A stretch of DNA of 64,000 nucleotides from Bugula neritina (taxonomy: Eukaryota > Animalia > Bryozoa), in NCBI GenBank assembly GCA_964035545.1, contig OZ037773.1, positions 7,035,751-7,099,750 of the forward strand. Reading direction: 5' to 3'. A program made the position numbers and the translations under genes. Positions within the stretch are counted from its first letter, which is position 1, and the number at the start of each line of letters is the position of its first letter. A model generated the notes under the pieces. That model saw nothing but the letters and a program-made list of their open reading frames with translations, was not told the origin of the DNA and did not search any database. This document shows positions 62,101-64,000 of the stretch, piece after piece.

Positions 62101-63220
62101 TGCCTAGAAAACAGCTTTTCAAAATTCCAATTTTGAGGGAGGTAAAATTTTCAGCCATGAAAAAGAATAGCCTAATACGTGACGTGTGAACGCCAGTAAC
62201 TATGCTGCACGTGCTAACTATAACGCTAGTATTCAAGGTTGCTGAGCACAACATCAACCAATAACGCTCAAGCAGTTACAGTGCGCTATATAGGTCAGCT
62301 TTGGTGCGCCCGTAATATTGCACAATCTGACCTAGTTTAGATCGATCGCAGGCATTCATCCTAAAGAATGCATGTTTTTGCAATGCTTTTTTCTAATGTT
62401 TACAAGCAAAATATGGCCTAATGTTATCACATACATGTTATTTAAAACGTCAAAAAACTATAGATTGAGATAATTCACATTTGCACTTCTATAAATATAC
62501 AAATTACGAGCTGAAAGATCACATCTCACAGTCATATTTCTATAGTTATTCATTTGTATAGTCACGTGACCAGCAGGAATGCTGGCGCTGTTACGTCACA
62601 TTTCCCAGCTCATTTCAAAATCGGCGTTTTGGCTGTTACCAATCTACACCCTCAACTTCAACTAACTTTTTCTACCTTTGGTCAAATGCTTTTTGTCAAT
62701 GCATGCTTAGAAAAACACAATATTATGTGTGTTTGACCTAAATGGCCATTTATTAGACAAGATAGAGCAATCCTTTAAGTGTAGAATGTCCATTATGTGT
62801 GTATTGTGTGTCATAGATTTATTATGCAATATTATATAATAAGTTATAGATACATGTTGGACAGCAAATTCTCATTTTTCGATATTGTAAAAGAAATTTT
62901 TGTGATAAAAAAATTGTAAGAATGTTTAAAATTTTATAGAGCATCAAGTTTTTCCGTGATAAAAAATATCAGAAGCTGGAAAAATGAAGTGGATATTCAT
63001 CTTTATGTTATTTATTTTAATTTTAGTAAGAAAAATAAAGAGAAAGATGCCGAAGGACACACACCATCTTCATTTGAAGATCAACCAGTACTTTGGCACT
63101 CACCTGTCTCTCAGCTCCTACTTTATCCCTAAGAGTGCCAAGCCTCATAAACAGAGACTTTTAAAAGCTATTAGCAATGATAACTTTAGTCTTCCCCAAA
63201 TCCCACCAGAGCTTCGGTAG
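59109..63220 (+). CDS. Unidentified ~310-aa basic protein, 6 exons
   Basis: Exons 59109-59207, 59574-59671, 60012-60119, 60466-60785, 61253-61363, 63027-63220 with GT-AG ends and a continuous frame (MEKTKKVNVN...NFSLPQIPPELR*); no family recognised. Confidence 0.7.
61797..62944 (+). repeat. ~178 bp tandem duplication whose second copy is interrupted by a MITE
   Basis: Copy 1 ~61797-61974; copy 2 ~61975-62005 plus ~62775-62944. Confidence 0.9.
62006..62774. mobile_element. Non-autonomous DNA transposon (MITE), Kolobok-like, TTAA TSD
   Basis: TIR AGGATTGCTCTATCTT / AAGATAGAGCAATCCT; TTAA on both sides (62002-62005, 62775-62778); 5'-AG terminus with TTAA TSD fits Kolobok rather than piggyBac (CC termini). 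Confidence 0.85.
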
Positions 63221-63759
63221 CACTCGAAGTGGATAGTAATTTATATGTTCTAGTAGCTTCTGTGGTTTAAGATTGATAAATCTATAGAAACATGTTTGTA
63301 AATAGAATAAGCAGCTGACTCTGATTCTCCCAGGCAGCAGATTTTTTTTTTCCAAAATGTTAAAAGCAAAGATACAGCGATTCTTTATACTAATGCTGGT
63401 TTGTACTATTTTACAGAAATTCTTTCAGCTAGCATTTTTAATAAACACTAAAAATGTGGAATGTTTTTTCTACAACTCGACAAAAATCATATAGCTGCAC
63501 ATGTTTTTGTATTTATTTTGTAGAATTATATTTATATATTTTGTTGATTCTATAACTGCTTACTAGCTGATAAATAATATTATATTATGTTGATGCAATA
63601 ATATATTATATTATGTTGAAGCAATTATGATGAGGTTATGTTGGAGCAATAAATGCACTGCACGTCTATTTCCAGAGCTTCCAAGCTGACAGTGACTTAC
63701 AATTTACCATGGCAACAGGATCTATTAGATAGAATAAAAAGTCATGTCTCTTTGGGTGG

Positions 63760-63913
63760 TATGTGCATGCGTGTGTGCATGTGTGTCATATGTGGGTGGT
63801 ATGTGCAGGTGTCATATGTGTGTTATATGTGGGTGACATGTATGGGTGGTGTGTGAGTGTGTGTGTGTGTGCGTGCATGTGTATGTGTGTGCGTGCATGT
63901 GTATGTGTGTGCA

Positions 63914-64000
<87 letters not shown>
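63760..64000. repeat. (GT)n/(GCGT)n microsatellite
   Basis: Visible directly, runs to the window end. Confidence 0.95.

Noticed and set aside
63703-63716. RFX X-box-like motifs (also near 301, 55161, 61541)
   Set aside because: Imperfect matches and not clearly positioned at a supported TSS

Overview
AT-rich, intron-rich eukaryotic (invertebrate animal-like) genomic DNA; most entries in the ORF track are spurious or are single exons. All gene models below were spliced by hand from GT/GC-AG signals and reading-frame continuity. Left to right: an unidentified minus-strand gene running off the left edge; LMAN1/ERGIC-53 (+), with a duplicated, apparently mutually exclusive exon in the sugar-binding domain; a C2orf73/CIMIP6-like ciliary gene (-); an intronless 425-aa ORF that looks like two tandem, divergent scramblase/Tubby-like domains (+); initiator tRNA-Met (-); Son of sevenless (SOS, +, about 27 coding exons, one GC-AG intron); TTC16-like TPR gene (-), head-to-head with peroxiredoxin-5 (+); and an unidentified 6-exon gene (+). 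Mobile DNA includes four copies of a tRNA-derived SINE, a TTAA-flanked Kolobok-like MITE whose empty site survives next to it, and a foldback element. The most striking window-wide pattern is that many unrelated tandem repeats start exactly at splice sites, and several multiply the exon/intron junction itself 13-18 times.
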